This document shows positions 28,401 to 39,100 of a DNA stretch of 64,000 nt, piece after piece. How positions within the stretch are numbered: the stretch's first letter is position 1; each line of letters begins with the position of its first letter. The translations under genes and the position numbers were made by a program. The stretch comes from Polyangiaceae bacterium (GTDB lineage Bacteria > Myxococcota_A > Polyangia > Polyangiales > Polyangiaceae): contig JBILLK010000018.1 of assembly GCA_044376115.1 (NCBI GenBank), forward strand, positions 128,001 through 192,000, written 5' to 3'. The notes beneath the pieces were generated by a model. It was not told where the DNA came from. It searched no databases and was given only the letters and a program-made list of their open reading frames with translations.

Positions 28401-29815
28401 TGCGTATTACCTCGTATCTCCTCGCCGCCGCCCTAGCGCATTCTGGATGTACGGCAGCGCAATCGGTGCCGGAGGACATCGCCATCGTGCCCAGCGCCAG
28501 GACGCCGTCGGCGGCTCAATCGTCGCCGAAGCCGCAGCTCGCCGCCGGAGAAGGCCGCTGCAGTCTCGAGTTGGCCGAACTCTCCGAAGCCGAGCGCACG
28601 CCGAGTCCGGTGTATCTGGTTTACAACGAGGAGCTGTTCCGGGTCGATGCGTTGGGGACCCGACGAATCGACGGGCCGTTAGCGCCGCCGGGGTCCATTG
28701 GCCGCTTCGCCGGGCCACGCGGGACGCTCTGGGTACGACGCGGTGACGGCGTCTTTGTTGTCGGACCGACGGACCGAACGCTGCGACGCGTAGCCCCCCC
28801 GCCTCCCTGGAACAGCTGGCTCGTCGCGCGCGGCATGTCGGACATCTGGGCCATTCGCCTCGAGGCGATAGCCCACTACGACGGTGCAACATGGTCCACG
28901 TGGTCGACCGAGCAACTCTTCGGTGCGGTCCCCCGCAACATCGAGACAACGCAAGACGCCGTTTTTGCTGTGGTCGACGGTAGAGTCTTGAAGGCAGACA
29001 TTGCTGGCGGGGTCCCGGTGCGGATTGCCATTCACCAGCCGGCGTTATCATTTGACACCCTCCTCTCGTCCGGGCGCCAGGTCGTGGTCGCACAGACGGG
29101 TCTAAGCCAGAGTCACTTCGAGCACTGTTTACTCGCGGACTTCTGGCGTTGCGCCCCCGGCGTGAGACGGATTGCTATTGTTGGCCCTTCGGGGATGGTG
29201 GAGTGGCAGGACGGTGCGCTCAGCGCGGCCGCTGACCCCACCTGCATCATCAAGCTCGAGGCCCCTATTGATGACGGTGAATGGCAGCCCGCTTTTAGCA
29301 ACAGCGCCAGAATCGACGGCAACAACAGGCTCTGGGTGCCGGTGGTGAACGGCTTTCGAGTCTTCGACAAACAAGGAGCCGTCGTGGCCGAGTATCGCGC
29401 TGGCATGCTTGAGGGGATCGACGGCCCGGTAACCAACATGATCGTCCCAGGTGGTGGCCCCAAGGGGCTCCCACCGCCGAAGAAGCGCCGAATGATCGAT
29501 GTCGCCGGCAGCCTAAGCCTCCACCGCAGCTCCCAAGCGCTCGGCGGCGCCACTCTCACCCTCCATATCGGGGCCGGCGTGAAGCGCACGGCAACAAGCG
29601 ATACGAGCGGCGCATTCATCCTGAGCGACGTGCCAGAGGGCGACTACGAAGTGACCGTGACACCACGACCAGGTGACCCCGCGTGCCGGGACGCAGAAAC
29701 TGGTTTTCAGTTTCGCACCGCGCACGATTGCGCGGCGAGCAAGGTCGGCTCGGGCGCATGCGACCTTGGGTCGCTATCGCAGTGCAAGCCGAAGTTCCGG
29801 GCACCGCGCTTTTAG
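28400..29815 (+). CDS. Lipoprotein, propeller-like + carboxypeptidase-regulatory-like domain (candidate immunity)
   Basis: Lipobox AHSGC; TAATG overlap with effector; TSDTSGAFILSDVPEGDYEV. Confidence 0.6.
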   Translation: MRITSYLLAAALAHSGCTAAQSVPEDIAIVPSARTPSAAQSSPKPQLAAGEGRCSLELAELSEAERTPSPVYLVYNEELFRVDALGTRRIDGPLAPPGSIGRFAGPRGTLWVRRGDGVFVVGPTDRTLRRVAPPPPWNSWLVARGMSDIWAIRLEAIAHYDGATWSTWSTEQLFGAVPRNIETTQDAVFAVVDGRVLKADIAGGVPVRIAIHQPALSFDTLLSSGRQVVVAQTGLSQSHFEHCLLADFWRCAPGVRRIAIVGPSGMVEWQDGALSAAADPTCIIKLEAPIDDGEWQPAFSNSARIDGNNRLWVPVVNGFRVFDKQGAVVAEYRAGMLEGIDGPVTNMIVPGGGPKGLPPPKKRRMIDVAGSLSLHRSSQALGGATLTLHIGAGVKRTATSDTSGAFILSDVPEGDYEVTVTPRPGDPACRDAETGFQFRTAHDCAASKVGSGACDLGSLSQCKPKFRAPRF

Positions 29816-29893
29816 ACTCGCTTCAGTCGTCGCAGCGTCCATCCGCTGCCACCCAGTTCCAACACGTGATACGCGTCGAGCAGAGAGGCACAC

Positions 29894-32503
29894 GTGGCAT
29901 CGACGATCACCGAAGGAGTGCTGTTTCAATCCTCAGCGCTCGGGGACACGCAGTGGACGGTTCGCTCGCTCGAGGGGGAGGACGCGCTCAATCAAGAGTA
30001 TCGCTTCCACGTGCACTTGGAGCTGGCGAAGGGCGACCTTTCGAATGAGGACCTGGAGAGGATGCTCGAGGCGTCAGCCACGTTGTCGTTTGTCGAGGCT
30101 GGCCGCGAGCTCAACCGATTCTCCGGTGTCATCTCCGAACTCACGGCGCATCCAGACGTCGAGCGAACACGGACGGATCTCCATCTCGAGTTGGTGCCAC
30201 GGACCGCGCTTGCAGCGCACCGCCGCGGGAGCGAACTCTACCTCGAGAAGACGGTTCCCGAGGTCCTTGTCGATAAGCTCAAAGCCTTGGGCCTTTTGCC
30301 CGAGCGCGACTTCGCCCTACTGCTCCGAGCCGCCTACCCGCGCCGCGAGTTCATCGCTCAGTACGAAGAGACCGACCTGGCGTTTCTTCGACGGCTCTGT
30401 GAAGCAGCCGGCATCACCACCAACTTCGAGGAACGCCAACAGGGCGAGGTCCTGGTGCTCAGTGATGGGAATACGCCGTTCGAGGAGGTCCTCCGCCCGC
30501 GGCTACGCGCGCGTCACCGCGCGGACCACCCGGCTGCGTATGACGTTCACACCACGCTTCGACGGGTGCCGCAGAGCGTGCAGATGCACGACTATAACTA
30601 CCGCACTCCTCGTCTCGCACTCCAAGAGCGTGAGACGACAAAGCAGGCGGGCTCGACTGGAGAGTGGACGGAGTTCGGCCATCATCCGAAGACCGTTCGC
30701 GAGACGCGCGAGCTCGCCGAAACGCGCACGCAGGAAAAGGCGGCGCGACATCATGTGATCAAGGGCTCGGCGACGGAGGCGTGCCTTCGATCGGGCCGCG
30801 TCGTCCATATCCTCGATGCCGTTGCCTCTGAGCAGTCCGTTCTCCTGACGCGCGTCGAGTACCGATTTCGCGCGAAGGAAGGCGCCAGTGAGCAACAGGG
30901 CTGGGAGAACCGGTTCGAGGGGATTCCGGCGAACGTTGTTTTTCGTCCGCAGCGCGTGACGCCAGTCCCACGGATTTCGGGTCTGCTGAACGCAGTCGTC
31001 GACGGCGCCATTCGAGGGGACTACGCCGAGCTCGACGAACTCGGACGTTACAGGCTTCGGTTTGCGCACGACCGATCGGGCCGAACGGACCTCGGAGCGA
31101 CGCACCCGGTCCGAATGATGCAGCCTCACGCGGGAGCGAGCTACGGGATGCACTTCCCGTTACGCCCCGGGACGGAAGTGCTCGTTGGCTTCGTCAATGG
31201 CGACCCCGACCGGCCGGTCATCGTTGGGGCAGCACCCAACCCTGCCACGGTCAGCCCAGTAGCCGTCCGCAATCAAACGCAGAACGTGCTGCGCACTGGC
31301 TCCAACAACGAAATGGTCATTGAGGACCTCAAGGAGCATGAGCGGATCCGCATCCACACGCCGCACGCTGCCACGACGCTCCAGCTTGGATCTCCTGAGG
31401 AGGCTGAAGAAGGCGTCTTGCTGACGACGGAGGCACACGTCACGTCGATGTCTCGGCTTTCGAACAATACGGTAACGGACCGACACACGACGATCGCGCG
31501 CTCGGCAACGGCCACCCTCGGAGAGCGGATGGTCATGGTTGCAGGCCTGCGAGGTGTCGCAGCATCAGCTGACGGGGCGATCGAGCGGCCGGGTGCGGTG
31601 TCGCTCGACACGCTCGCGACGGATCTGCGGAGGATCACCCGCGCGCCGACGCTGCCCGGAGCAACCCACGGGTCCGCAGAAACGACACCCTCGGATTCCC
31701 CCATCGTGCTGCCGATGGAGGCGCGACTTCAGAGTGACACGGCTGCCCAAGTTGCCGAGCGGACCGAAGAGGCTGCGCTGGAGTTGGTGCGTGTGATGAG
31801 CCGCGCAGCCGACCACGGTCTCGACGCAGCCCAGGGCCGCCTGCAAGGCGAGCCTCTTGGTGAACCGACCGAGCCGGCAGCCATCATCGTGAGCGAGCGA
31901 ACGGCCGCGCTCGTGGGACGCGAGAGCGCGCTCGTCTCTGGGGATCGCACAGCGACGCTATCGTCACCCAAGTCCGCCGCTGTCCTCGGTCAGGAGACTG
32001 CCGTGGTCAAGTCGGCGGGTGACGTCGAGATCGCAGGTGCGCGTAGCGTCCACCTGACGACCTCCGGGGAACTGGACATGGCCGCCCACACGGCCCGACT
32101 CGTTGCTGGCTATTACCCTGAGGCCGAAGCGCCGAAGCTCGATGAAGGTACCTCTCTCGGTGTCATGGCGCGAAAGGACCTGCGGGTTCACAGCGTGGAG
32201 GACTGCATCCTGCTTTGCGCGAACAAGAACCTCATTGGTAGCGCTCACGAAGCGGATGTCAGGTTCCACGCCAAGAAGACGATCCTCTTGCAAGGAGGAA
32301 GCATCCAAGGCTCAGCAGGCACCATCGCCTTCGACTCTTCGGGCGACGTCAAGGTGGCCGCTGGCGGGAGCGTAAAGGTCAACGCTGACGGAGAACTGAC
32401 CATCGACGCGAGCAGCGTCACGATCACGGCGAGCACGATCCGCCTCGTCGGCACGGTCTTGGTGGAAGGGGATCTGTTCTGCACGGGCAGCAGCAATCTG
32501 TAG
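29894..32503 (+). CDS. vgrG: Type VI secretion spike protein VgrG
   Basis: REFIAQYEETDLAFLRRL, DYNYRTP, GMHFPLRPGTEVLVGFVNGDPDRPVIVGA, beta-helical C-terminus. Confidence 0.95.
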   Translation: MASTITEGVLFQSSALGDTQWTVRSLEGEDALNQEYRFHVHLELAKGDLSNEDLERMLEASATLSFVEAGRELNRFSGVISELTAHPDVERTRTDLHLELVPRTALAAHRRGSELYLEKTVPEVLVDKLKALGLLPERDFALLLRAAYPRREFIAQYEETDLAFLRRLCEAAGITTNFEERQQGEVLVLSDGNTPFEEVLRPRLRARHRADHPAAYDVHTTLRRVPQSVQMHDYNYRTPRLALQERETTKQAGSTGEWTEFGHHPKTVRETRELAETRTQEKAARHHVIKGSATEACLRSGRVVHILDAVASEQSVLLTRVEYRFRAKEGASEQQGWENRFEGIPANVVFRPQRVTPVPRISGLLNAVVDGAIRGDYAELDELGRYRLRFAHDRSGRTDLGATHPVRMMQPHAGASYGMHFPLRPGTEVLVGFVNGDPDRPVIVGAAPNPATVSPVAVRNQTQNVLRTGSNNEMVIEDLKEHERIRIHTPHAATTLQLGSPEEAEEGVLLTTEAHVTSMSRLSNNTVTDRHTTIARSATATLGERMVMVAGLRGVAASADGAIERPGAVSLDTLATDLRRITRAPTLPGATHGSAETTPSDSPIVLPMEARLQSDTAAQVAERTEEAALELVRVMSRAADHGLDAAQGRLQGEPLGEPTEPAAIIVSERTAALVGRESALVSGDRTATLSSPKSAAVLGQETAVVKSAGDVEIAGARSVHLTTSGELDMAAHTARLVAGYYPEAEAPKLDEGTSLGVMARKDLRVHSVEDCILLCANKNLIGSAHEADVRFHAKKTILLQGGSIQGSAGTIAFDSSGDVKVAAGGSVKVNADGELTIDASSVTITASTIRLVGTVLVEGDLFCTGSSNL

Positions 32504-32508
32504 GAGCG

Positions 32509-33888
32509 ATGATGACGCCCAAGATATCAATTGAGCGATTTGCAAGCCTGCGCGCTGGCATCGAGCGTTCGGGGGATCTCGAACGCGTGCTCGAGGGTGC
32601 GGGGCTACTCCGTAGCGAGTGGACAGCCGTTGAGCGGCACTGGCAGTCGGCGCTTGCACGTGAAGTCGCTGGCGGTGGCCGCGAGCTGTCCGAGCGCTAT
32701 CTCGAGGCGTTCTTCGGCGCACAGCGTCCGGCTGAGCGGATGGACGAGCCTGAGGCTCGTGAAGGAAGCGCGCCGGCACAGCTCGCCGTGCCAACGTATC
32801 TTGCGGCGCGCCCCGCGGCGGTGGTTGGCCCCTCGGTCATGAGCGCGAGTCCGCCGCCCGCTCCGCGCCCCGCTCCCGCTCCGCCTCCCGCGGTGTTCGC
32901 ATTCGCGGAGTCACCGAGGTCCGGAGTTGGAGGAGAAACGTTCGTCGCTCCTGCTGCTGCCCCGATCTCGGCGCGGTCTCTGCCGTTCGCAGGGCGCCTC
33001 GCAGGGACCCCGCTGGGAAGCTCGGTAGCTCCACGGCTCGACACAGGAACGAAGGTGGTTGAGGGCGATGCGCAGGCCCAGGAGCCGGTGAGCGGACCGC
33101 AGGTCAGGCCGGGCCTGCCAGTCCTTAGCGTCGAGCAGTACGCTTGGGTAACAGCGACTCTTCGGAAGACCCATGCCTCCGACTTGGAGGCGGTGCTTAC
33201 TCGGCTCCGTCTGACAGCAGCGACGCGTTCCGAGCTGCAAGGCGTGTGGAGCGCGCACATGGAGGCGCACCCACACGTGCGTGCCGCATTCATGCGCTTG
33301 CTCGCGCAACAGTTTGAGGGCCAGGCACCTGCGCCGCCGATCTCTGCGCCGCCGATCTCTGCGCGGCCCGCCTCCGCACCGCTTTCGGACGCGGAGGTGC
33401 TCGCTCGAATGAAGGCAGCGATGGGCAACCTAAACCCGGACGAGACGCAGATGGCGGCGCCGATTGCGATGCCCGGCCCCACACTTCCGTTCGCGACCGC
33501 TGCGGCATCGGTCGCCGTCAAACCTGCTACCGCTGTCTCACCGGCCGCACAGGTTCGACCCTCAGAGCAGGCGGGCTTCACGGTCGCTGGCTCCTCAGGC
33601 GCGAGACCCAGTATGCCGTTCGCACGAGCCGCCGCGCCCAACCCGAAGGACCTCCCGCCTGGGTGGACACTCGCTCGCTACGCCACGCTCTGCTTCGACC
33701 TTCACGCGAGCGGACTGCCGGAGGCGGAAGTGCTCGCTATGGCACAGCTGACGCAAACGCAACGTATGGCCCTCGATGCCTATTGGCAGAACCGCATGAC
33801 CGAAGAACCCGCGCTGCGCGCTGAGTGGAAGGCCTTTGCTGACCGTCGCGAGGCGGAGCTGCGGCAGGCGCGAGGAGGTGGGCGATGA
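32509..33888 (+). CDS. Hypothetical protein with three copies of a ~60-aa helical domain and Pro/Ala linkers
   Basis: ISIERFASL.., LSVEQYAWV.., WTLARYATL.. each followed by VL...W. Confidence 0.7.
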   Translation: MMTPKISIERFASLRAGIERSGDLERVLEGAGLLRSEWTAVERHWQSALAREVAGGGRELSERYLEAFFGAQRPAERMDEPEAREGSAPAQLAVPTYLAARPAAVVGPSVMSASPPPAPRPAPAPPPAVFAFAESPRSGVGGETFVAPAAAPISARSLPFAGRLAGTPLGSSVAPRLDTGTKVVEGDAQAQEPVSGPQVRPGLPVLSVEQYAWVTATLRKTHASDLEAVLTRLRLTAATRSELQGVWSAHMEAHPHVRAAFMRLLAQQFEGQAPAPPISAPPISARPASAPLSDAEVLARMKAAMGNLNPDETQMAAPIAMPGPTLPFATAAASVAVKPATAVSPAAQVRPSEQAGFTVAGSSGARPSMPFARAAAPNPKDLPPGWTLARYATLCFDLHASGLPEAEVLAMAQLTQTQRMALDAYWQNRMTEEPALRAEWKAFADRREAELRQARGGGR

Positions 33889-34979
33889 CACTCGTGACCT
33901 ATGTTGCGAAGTACGGGGACTACCTCGTCGGCATCGCGGATCGCCACGGAACCACCTGGCAGGAGATCTGGAACCACCCGCTCAACGCCGAGCACCGTCA
34001 GAAGCGCGTCTCGCCAGACATTCTCTATCCAGGCGACGTGCTGCATGTGCCCGCCGTCGTGTCACCCGGTCCGCCTGGACCAGCAGCCCCGCAGCCTGCG
34101 CAGCCCCCTCCGTCTTTGGATGAGCCACCTCCGTGGCCCTATCCTCCTCCTCCGCCTCGCCTGGGGCTTCCGTCGGTGCCGACTTGGGTTTGTCCCGAGG
34201 GGACTTGCACCTGCGCTGGTGGGCACGCCAAGGTTGAGCCCATCAAGCACACGGTCTTCTTGTTCGATGAGCAGTCAAGGCGCATTCCGCATGCGCAATG
34301 CCGTGTGCACGTGTCGGGTGCCGAGCTTGCTTCGCCCACGGTCGCTGATGGATCGGGCGCGATCACCTTCGAGGTCTCGCCAACGCTGACCAGCGTAATC
34401 ATCGAGTGGGCGCCGCGCGACGTACCCACGCGCGCCACCCTCCCATTTCGCAGGCTTTATCACCTCGACCCCGGAGGCCCGGATCGAGAGGGGGTCAGGC
34501 GTAGGCTCCACCACGTTGGAGTCTCTGGCGGACACTTTCTCGAGGAGCAAATCCGCGACTTCCAAGAAGCCTATGGGCTTCCCGTCGACGGTCAGGTCGC
34601 TTCGGTTACGGGGCCGCTGCTCGCCTACCACGACGGAGCTTCGCTCCCGCCCCTCGACCATCGTCATGCTCCCCTCGCACCCGAGCCGCACGGCCCGCAC
34701 CAGGGCGCGGTCTCGGGTGTCAGCCTAAGCGCCTGTCACGTCTCGCTCCAGCTCCTCGACTCGCGGAACGAGCCCATCGCCGGCGCGCCCTTCGTATTGG
34801 ATATAGGAGCAGGAAGGGTTTTCGAGGGGATAACAGACGCAGAAGGGAGGCTCGAGTTCGGCCAAGTCGAAGCTGGCGATTACCCGCTTCAAGTCGCCGG
34901 GCAGAGTGGGCACGTCCCGGCGATTCGAACGACCGAGCACCACCGGCCAATTGTCTTCAGCGGAGGAAGGTCGTCGTGA
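33885..34979 (+). CDS. LysM / PG-binding protein with C-terminal TTR/carboxypeptidase-regulatory-like domain (putative adaptor)
   Basis: Paralog of the 26202 N-terminus; C-terminal LQLLDSRNEPIAGAPFVL...GITDAEGRL. Confidence 0.72.
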   Translation: MTLVTYVAKYGDYLVGIADRHGTTWQEIWNHPLNAEHRQKRVSPDILYPGDVLHVPAVVSPGPPGPAAPQPAQPPPSLDEPPPWPYPPPPPRLGLPSVPTWVCPEGTCTCAGGHAKVEPIKHTVFLFDEQSRRIPHAQCRVHVSGAELASPTVADGSGAITFEVSPTLTSVIIEWAPRDVPTRATLPFRRLYHLDPGGPDREGVRRRLHHVGVSGGHFLEEQIRDFQEAYGLPVDGQVASVTGPLLAYHDGASLPPLDHRHAPLAPEPHGPHQGAVSGVSLSACHVSLQLLDSRNEPIAGAPFVLDIGAGRVFEGITDAEGRLEFGQVEAGDYPLQVAGQSGHVPAIRTTEHHRPIVFSGGRSS

Positions 34980-36178
34980 GCAAGAACCTAGCGCTGTCTC
35001 TGATCGGGCCTTGGAAGTCGACCAACATCGCGACGCACCTCGACACGGTGAAGATCGAGTTCACCGATCCGCCGGACGACGCCGACGACGTGGTGATCAC
35101 GATTCGCGATCTTACCCATGTGGATGTGGATAAGGGCCGCAGGCATGTCTTCGCGACCGACTTCTTGATCATCAAGGGACACATCCGCGGCGGGAAGTTC
35201 CTGTATGCAAGCCACACTGCGGAGAATCCGGTCGACCCGGACAATTCCAAGCTCCACGAGATGCAGGTGACCTTCGAGGCGCCAGATCAGAAGACCAAGA
35301 TCGAAACGCGGCTGCCCGATTATGCACCGAACGACCACATGGTGGTGTCGCACCGCCTCAAGTGGCTTACCGAGGGCCGCGTAGGCGCATCGATCCAGTC
35401 GATGGAAGGCAGGGCCAGCTTCCGAGCACACTACAAGTGCGCGATGATCGTTCCGACGGGCAATGCGCCGACGGTGGCCATCGGCGAGCGAGATCCTTCG
35501 CTGCCGTTGCTAAACAAGTGGGCGACCCAATGGGAGAAGCATCTGCCGGATCTGCGGAAGAAGGTCGTGCTTAGGACCGTCTCCTTCCCGCCGCGCGCAC
35601 TTACGGATCAGGACTACGCGCCGCTCGTGAAGGCCTTCCAGGAGGCCGCTGACTTCGCAAAACATGGCGTTATCGCACTGGCTGTCGGGCACGGCGATCA
35701 GGGCAATACGAACCCGGCGAGCCCTGGCGACCCCTGGCTCGATATCAGCGCGGAAGACGGCGTGGAGTTGGATGCGGAGCGGCAGATCAGCGGCATCTTC
35801 CATCAGCTCTTCGTCGACGAGCTCGAGCTAAAGGAGATGAGGGAGCCAACTATCAAGGGGATCAAGCACACGGCCGGGGCGAACACAGTGATCAAACGCA
35901 ACGCCCTCAACGCGATACGCGCGATCCTAACCAAGCGAGAGGTGCGGTTGCTCTTGCTGCACACGTGCACCTTGGGCGCGAACCCGGCATTCGTCCAGCT
36001 CCTTAGCGATCGGCTGCAAGTCCGCATCCGGGCGCACAAGGCCCATGTGACGTACATTGGCTCAACACCGATTGCGGCGAGCTACGAGGACGACCCTCCC
36101 TTGCCTCAGGGTGACCACGAGTGGCCGATGAGCCAGCTGGCCTTCGAGGTCGCCCCAGGCGAGGTGCCTTCGCCATGA
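34976..36178 (+). CDS. Putative effector with caspase-fold (DUF4347/C80-like) His-Cys dyad
   Basis: IALAVGHG ... LLLLHTCTLG ... LSDRLQVRIRA; no signal peptide; followed by lipoproteins. Confidence 0.5.
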   Translation: MSKNLALSLIGPWKSTNIATHLDTVKIEFTDPPDDADDVVITIRDLTHVDVDKGRRHVFATDFLIIKGHIRGGKFLYASHTAENPVDPDNSKLHEMQVTFEAPDQKTKIETRLPDYAPNDHMVVSHRLKWLTEGRVGASIQSMEGRASFRAHYKCAMIVPTGNAPTVAIGERDPSLPLLNKWATQWEKHLPDLRKKVVLRTVSFPPRALTDQDYAPLVKAFQEAADFAKHGVIALAVGHGDQGNTNPASPGDPWLDISAEDGVELDAERQISGIFHQLFVDELELKEMREPTIKGIKHTAGANTVIKRNALNAIRAILTKREVRLLLLHTCTLGANPAFVQLLSDRLQVRIRAHKAHVTYIGSTPIAASYEDDPPLPQGDHEWPMSQLAFEVAPGEVPSP

Positions 36179-39100
36179 CGTTGCGGAGGGTCGCGGCTCG
36201 CCTGCCGCCCGCGCTTGCGCTCTTGGCAGGCTGCAGTCCTGCAGCGGCGCCCCACGTGGTCTCGCACGAGGTGGAGAGCCCCGCCGCCTCGCATAAGGCG
36301 GCCTCGCACGAGGTGGCCTCGCACGAGGTGAAGAGCCCCGCCTCGCTGGTCGCCGCGTGGTCGGTCGACATTGGCTTCGGCTTCAAGGGGACATTCCCGT
36401 CGCGCTGCGACTTCCCCGCGCTGCTGGTCGACGCGGAGGATCACGTGATCTTCGCTGGCAGACACGACGCTATTAGCAGGGACCACGAGTACGCACTCTT
36501 TCGCGGCCACGCCGATGGACGTATCGAGCGGGTGACGCTCGGGCCAAAGACGGAACAGGCGGGCGAGATCCTGGCGCTCGTGCTCCGCAAGGACGGGTTG
36601 TTGGCGGCGACGCTGCTCCGCAACGGTGCCGGACTCGAGCTCTCCTCGCGGCCCGCGTTGGGACAGCCCCCCACCGAGCGACGCTGGATTGCCGGCGCAG
36701 ACCGGGCCTGGCCGCTCTCGGAAGGGCGCTGGCTCATCGTCGATGGAGCTCCGAGCCACGCCGTCACGACCCTCGACTGGCCATCGGCGACCCCGGCCCG
36801 GACGTCCCGGCCACTCCCCAACGCGCCGGCGCACTTTGGCGATGTCTACGATCTGGCCACGCAGGGCTCGAGGTGGGCCGCGCGAGGCGAAGGGAAGCTA
36901 AAAACACAATTGAGCGTCATCGACGGCGAGACCTTCTCCTGGTCGTTTGAGGAGACCTTCACCTCGACCGATCACGCCTTTGACGACGATGGCGGCCTGT
37001 GGATCTCGGCATTCACGAACCAAGAGCTCTGGCCCGGAGGGCTCGGCGCCGCGCGGTTCCCCAAGCCGCCGCGCATGCCCGCCGATGTGCTGAAGGCGCT
37101 CAACGACAAACCTCGGGGCTCTCCCGGCCATATCATCGTCGCCGAAGAGCGCATTTGGTCTTTGTTCGGATTTGCGCTCAGACGCGTGGGCATGAATCCG
37201 GACCGGACGATCCACACCAAGGACATCACCGACGGGCTCATGCTGAGGTACACGCGGGAAGGCCAACTCGCTGCCGAGATCCACTACCCTGCCACGGCCA
37301 TCGTCTGGCCGGGGCCGCTCCTGCCTGAGAACCACGGGATGACCGCAGCCATCCACGTCGAGGGCGAGGTACCAGCCGCCCTCCGGGGCCACCCCGACCT
37401 GCCCGAAGGCTTTGTCGGCGCTACTCTGCTGGTCCACTACGACACTCGCGGTCGCGAGGTATGGAGCGCCCCGTTGGGTGCGGGCGAACGCCAGGTTACG
37501 AATCTCGCCAAGACCTCGGACGGCTACGTGACCATCACCCTCGAAGAGTCGGGCCGCTGCCACCTCAGCCGTTGGCGGCTCCAAGTAGGAGCACAAGCAG
37601 CGTTGCCCTCGTCGGTCAGACCCTGACTCGAACGCGGCGTGCTTGAAGGCATCGAGCACAACCCGCTAGCTGTTGGCGACAGTTACATCCAACGCACCTT
37701 GGTCCCGGCCGCAGCTGGCCTCCCGCTCCCATCTCGTCTCGAGGCCCAGACGCTTGACACTCCAAACTCGAAACGGGACGCTCGCGGGGTGTTGCAGACC
37801 GGCCTTCGAGGTCGCCCCAGGCGCGGTGCCTTCTCCATGACGGTGCGGAGGGTCGCGACTCGTCTGCCGCCCGCGCTTGCGCTCTTGGCTGGCTGCAATC
37901 CTGCAGCGGCGCCCCACGTGGCCGCGCACGAGGTCGAGAGCCCCGCCGCCTCGCATGAGGCGGCCTCGCACGAGGTGGCCTTGCACGAGGTGGAGAGCCC
38001 CGCCTCGCTGGTCGCCGCGTGGTCGGTCGACATTGGCTTCGGCTTCGAGGGGTCACGGAGCTGCGACTTCCCCGTGCTGCTGGTCGACGCGGAGGATCGC
38101 GTGCTTTTCGCAGGCAACGCCTACAACGCGAACAGCGGGGGCCGCGAGCACGCTCTCTTTCGCGGCCACGCCGATGGACGTATCGAGCGGGTGACGCTCG
38201 GGCCAAAGACGGAACAGGCGGGCGAGATCGTTTCGCTCGTGCTCCGCAAGGACCGGGTGTTGGCGGCGACGCTGCTCCGCAACGGTGCCGGACTCAAGCT
38301 CACCTCGCGGCCCGCGTTGGGACAGCCCGCCACCGAGCGACGCTGGATTGCCGGCGCAGACCGGGCCTGGCCGCTCTCGGAGGGGCGCTGGCTCATCGTC
38401 GATGGAGCTCCGAGCCACACCGTCACAACCCTCGACTGGCCAGCGGCGACCCTGGCCCGCACGTCCCAGCCACTCCCCGACGCGCCGGCGCACTTTCGCG
38501 ATGTCTACGATCTGGCCACGCAGGGCTCGAGGTGGGCCGCGCGAGGCGCCACGCGAGGCGAAGGGGAGCTAAAAACACACTTGAGCGTCATCGACGGCGA
38601 GACCTTCGCCTGGTCGTTTGAGGAGGCCTTCACCTCGACCGATCACGCCTTTGATGACGATGGCGGCCTGTGGATCTCGGCATTCACTTACCAAGAGCAC
38701 TGGCCCGGCGGGCTCGGTGCGGCGCGGTTCCCCAAGCCGCCGCGCATGCCCGCCGACGTGCTGAAGGCGCTCAACGACAAACCTCGGGGCTCGCCCGGCC
38801 ATATCATCGTCGCCGAAGAGCGCATTTGGTCTTTGTTCGGATTTGCGCTCAGACGCGTGGGCATGAATCCCGACCGGACCATCCATACCAAGGACATCAC
38901 CGACGGGCTCATGCTGAGGTACACGCGGGAAGGCCAACTCGCTGCCGAGATCCACTACCCTGCCACGGCCATCGTCTGGCCGGGGCCGCTCCTGCCCGAG
39001 AACCACGGGATGACTGCAGCCATCCACGTCGAGGGCGAGGTACCAGCCGCCCTCCGGGGCCACCCCGATCTGCCCGAAGGATTTGTCGGCGCTACTCTGC

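Noticed and set aside
26202..34979. Prophage tail or complete eCIS locus
   Set aside because: No sheath, tube, baseplate wedge, capsid or terminase genes; a structural baseplate role for the LysM domain is not excluded but is unsupported
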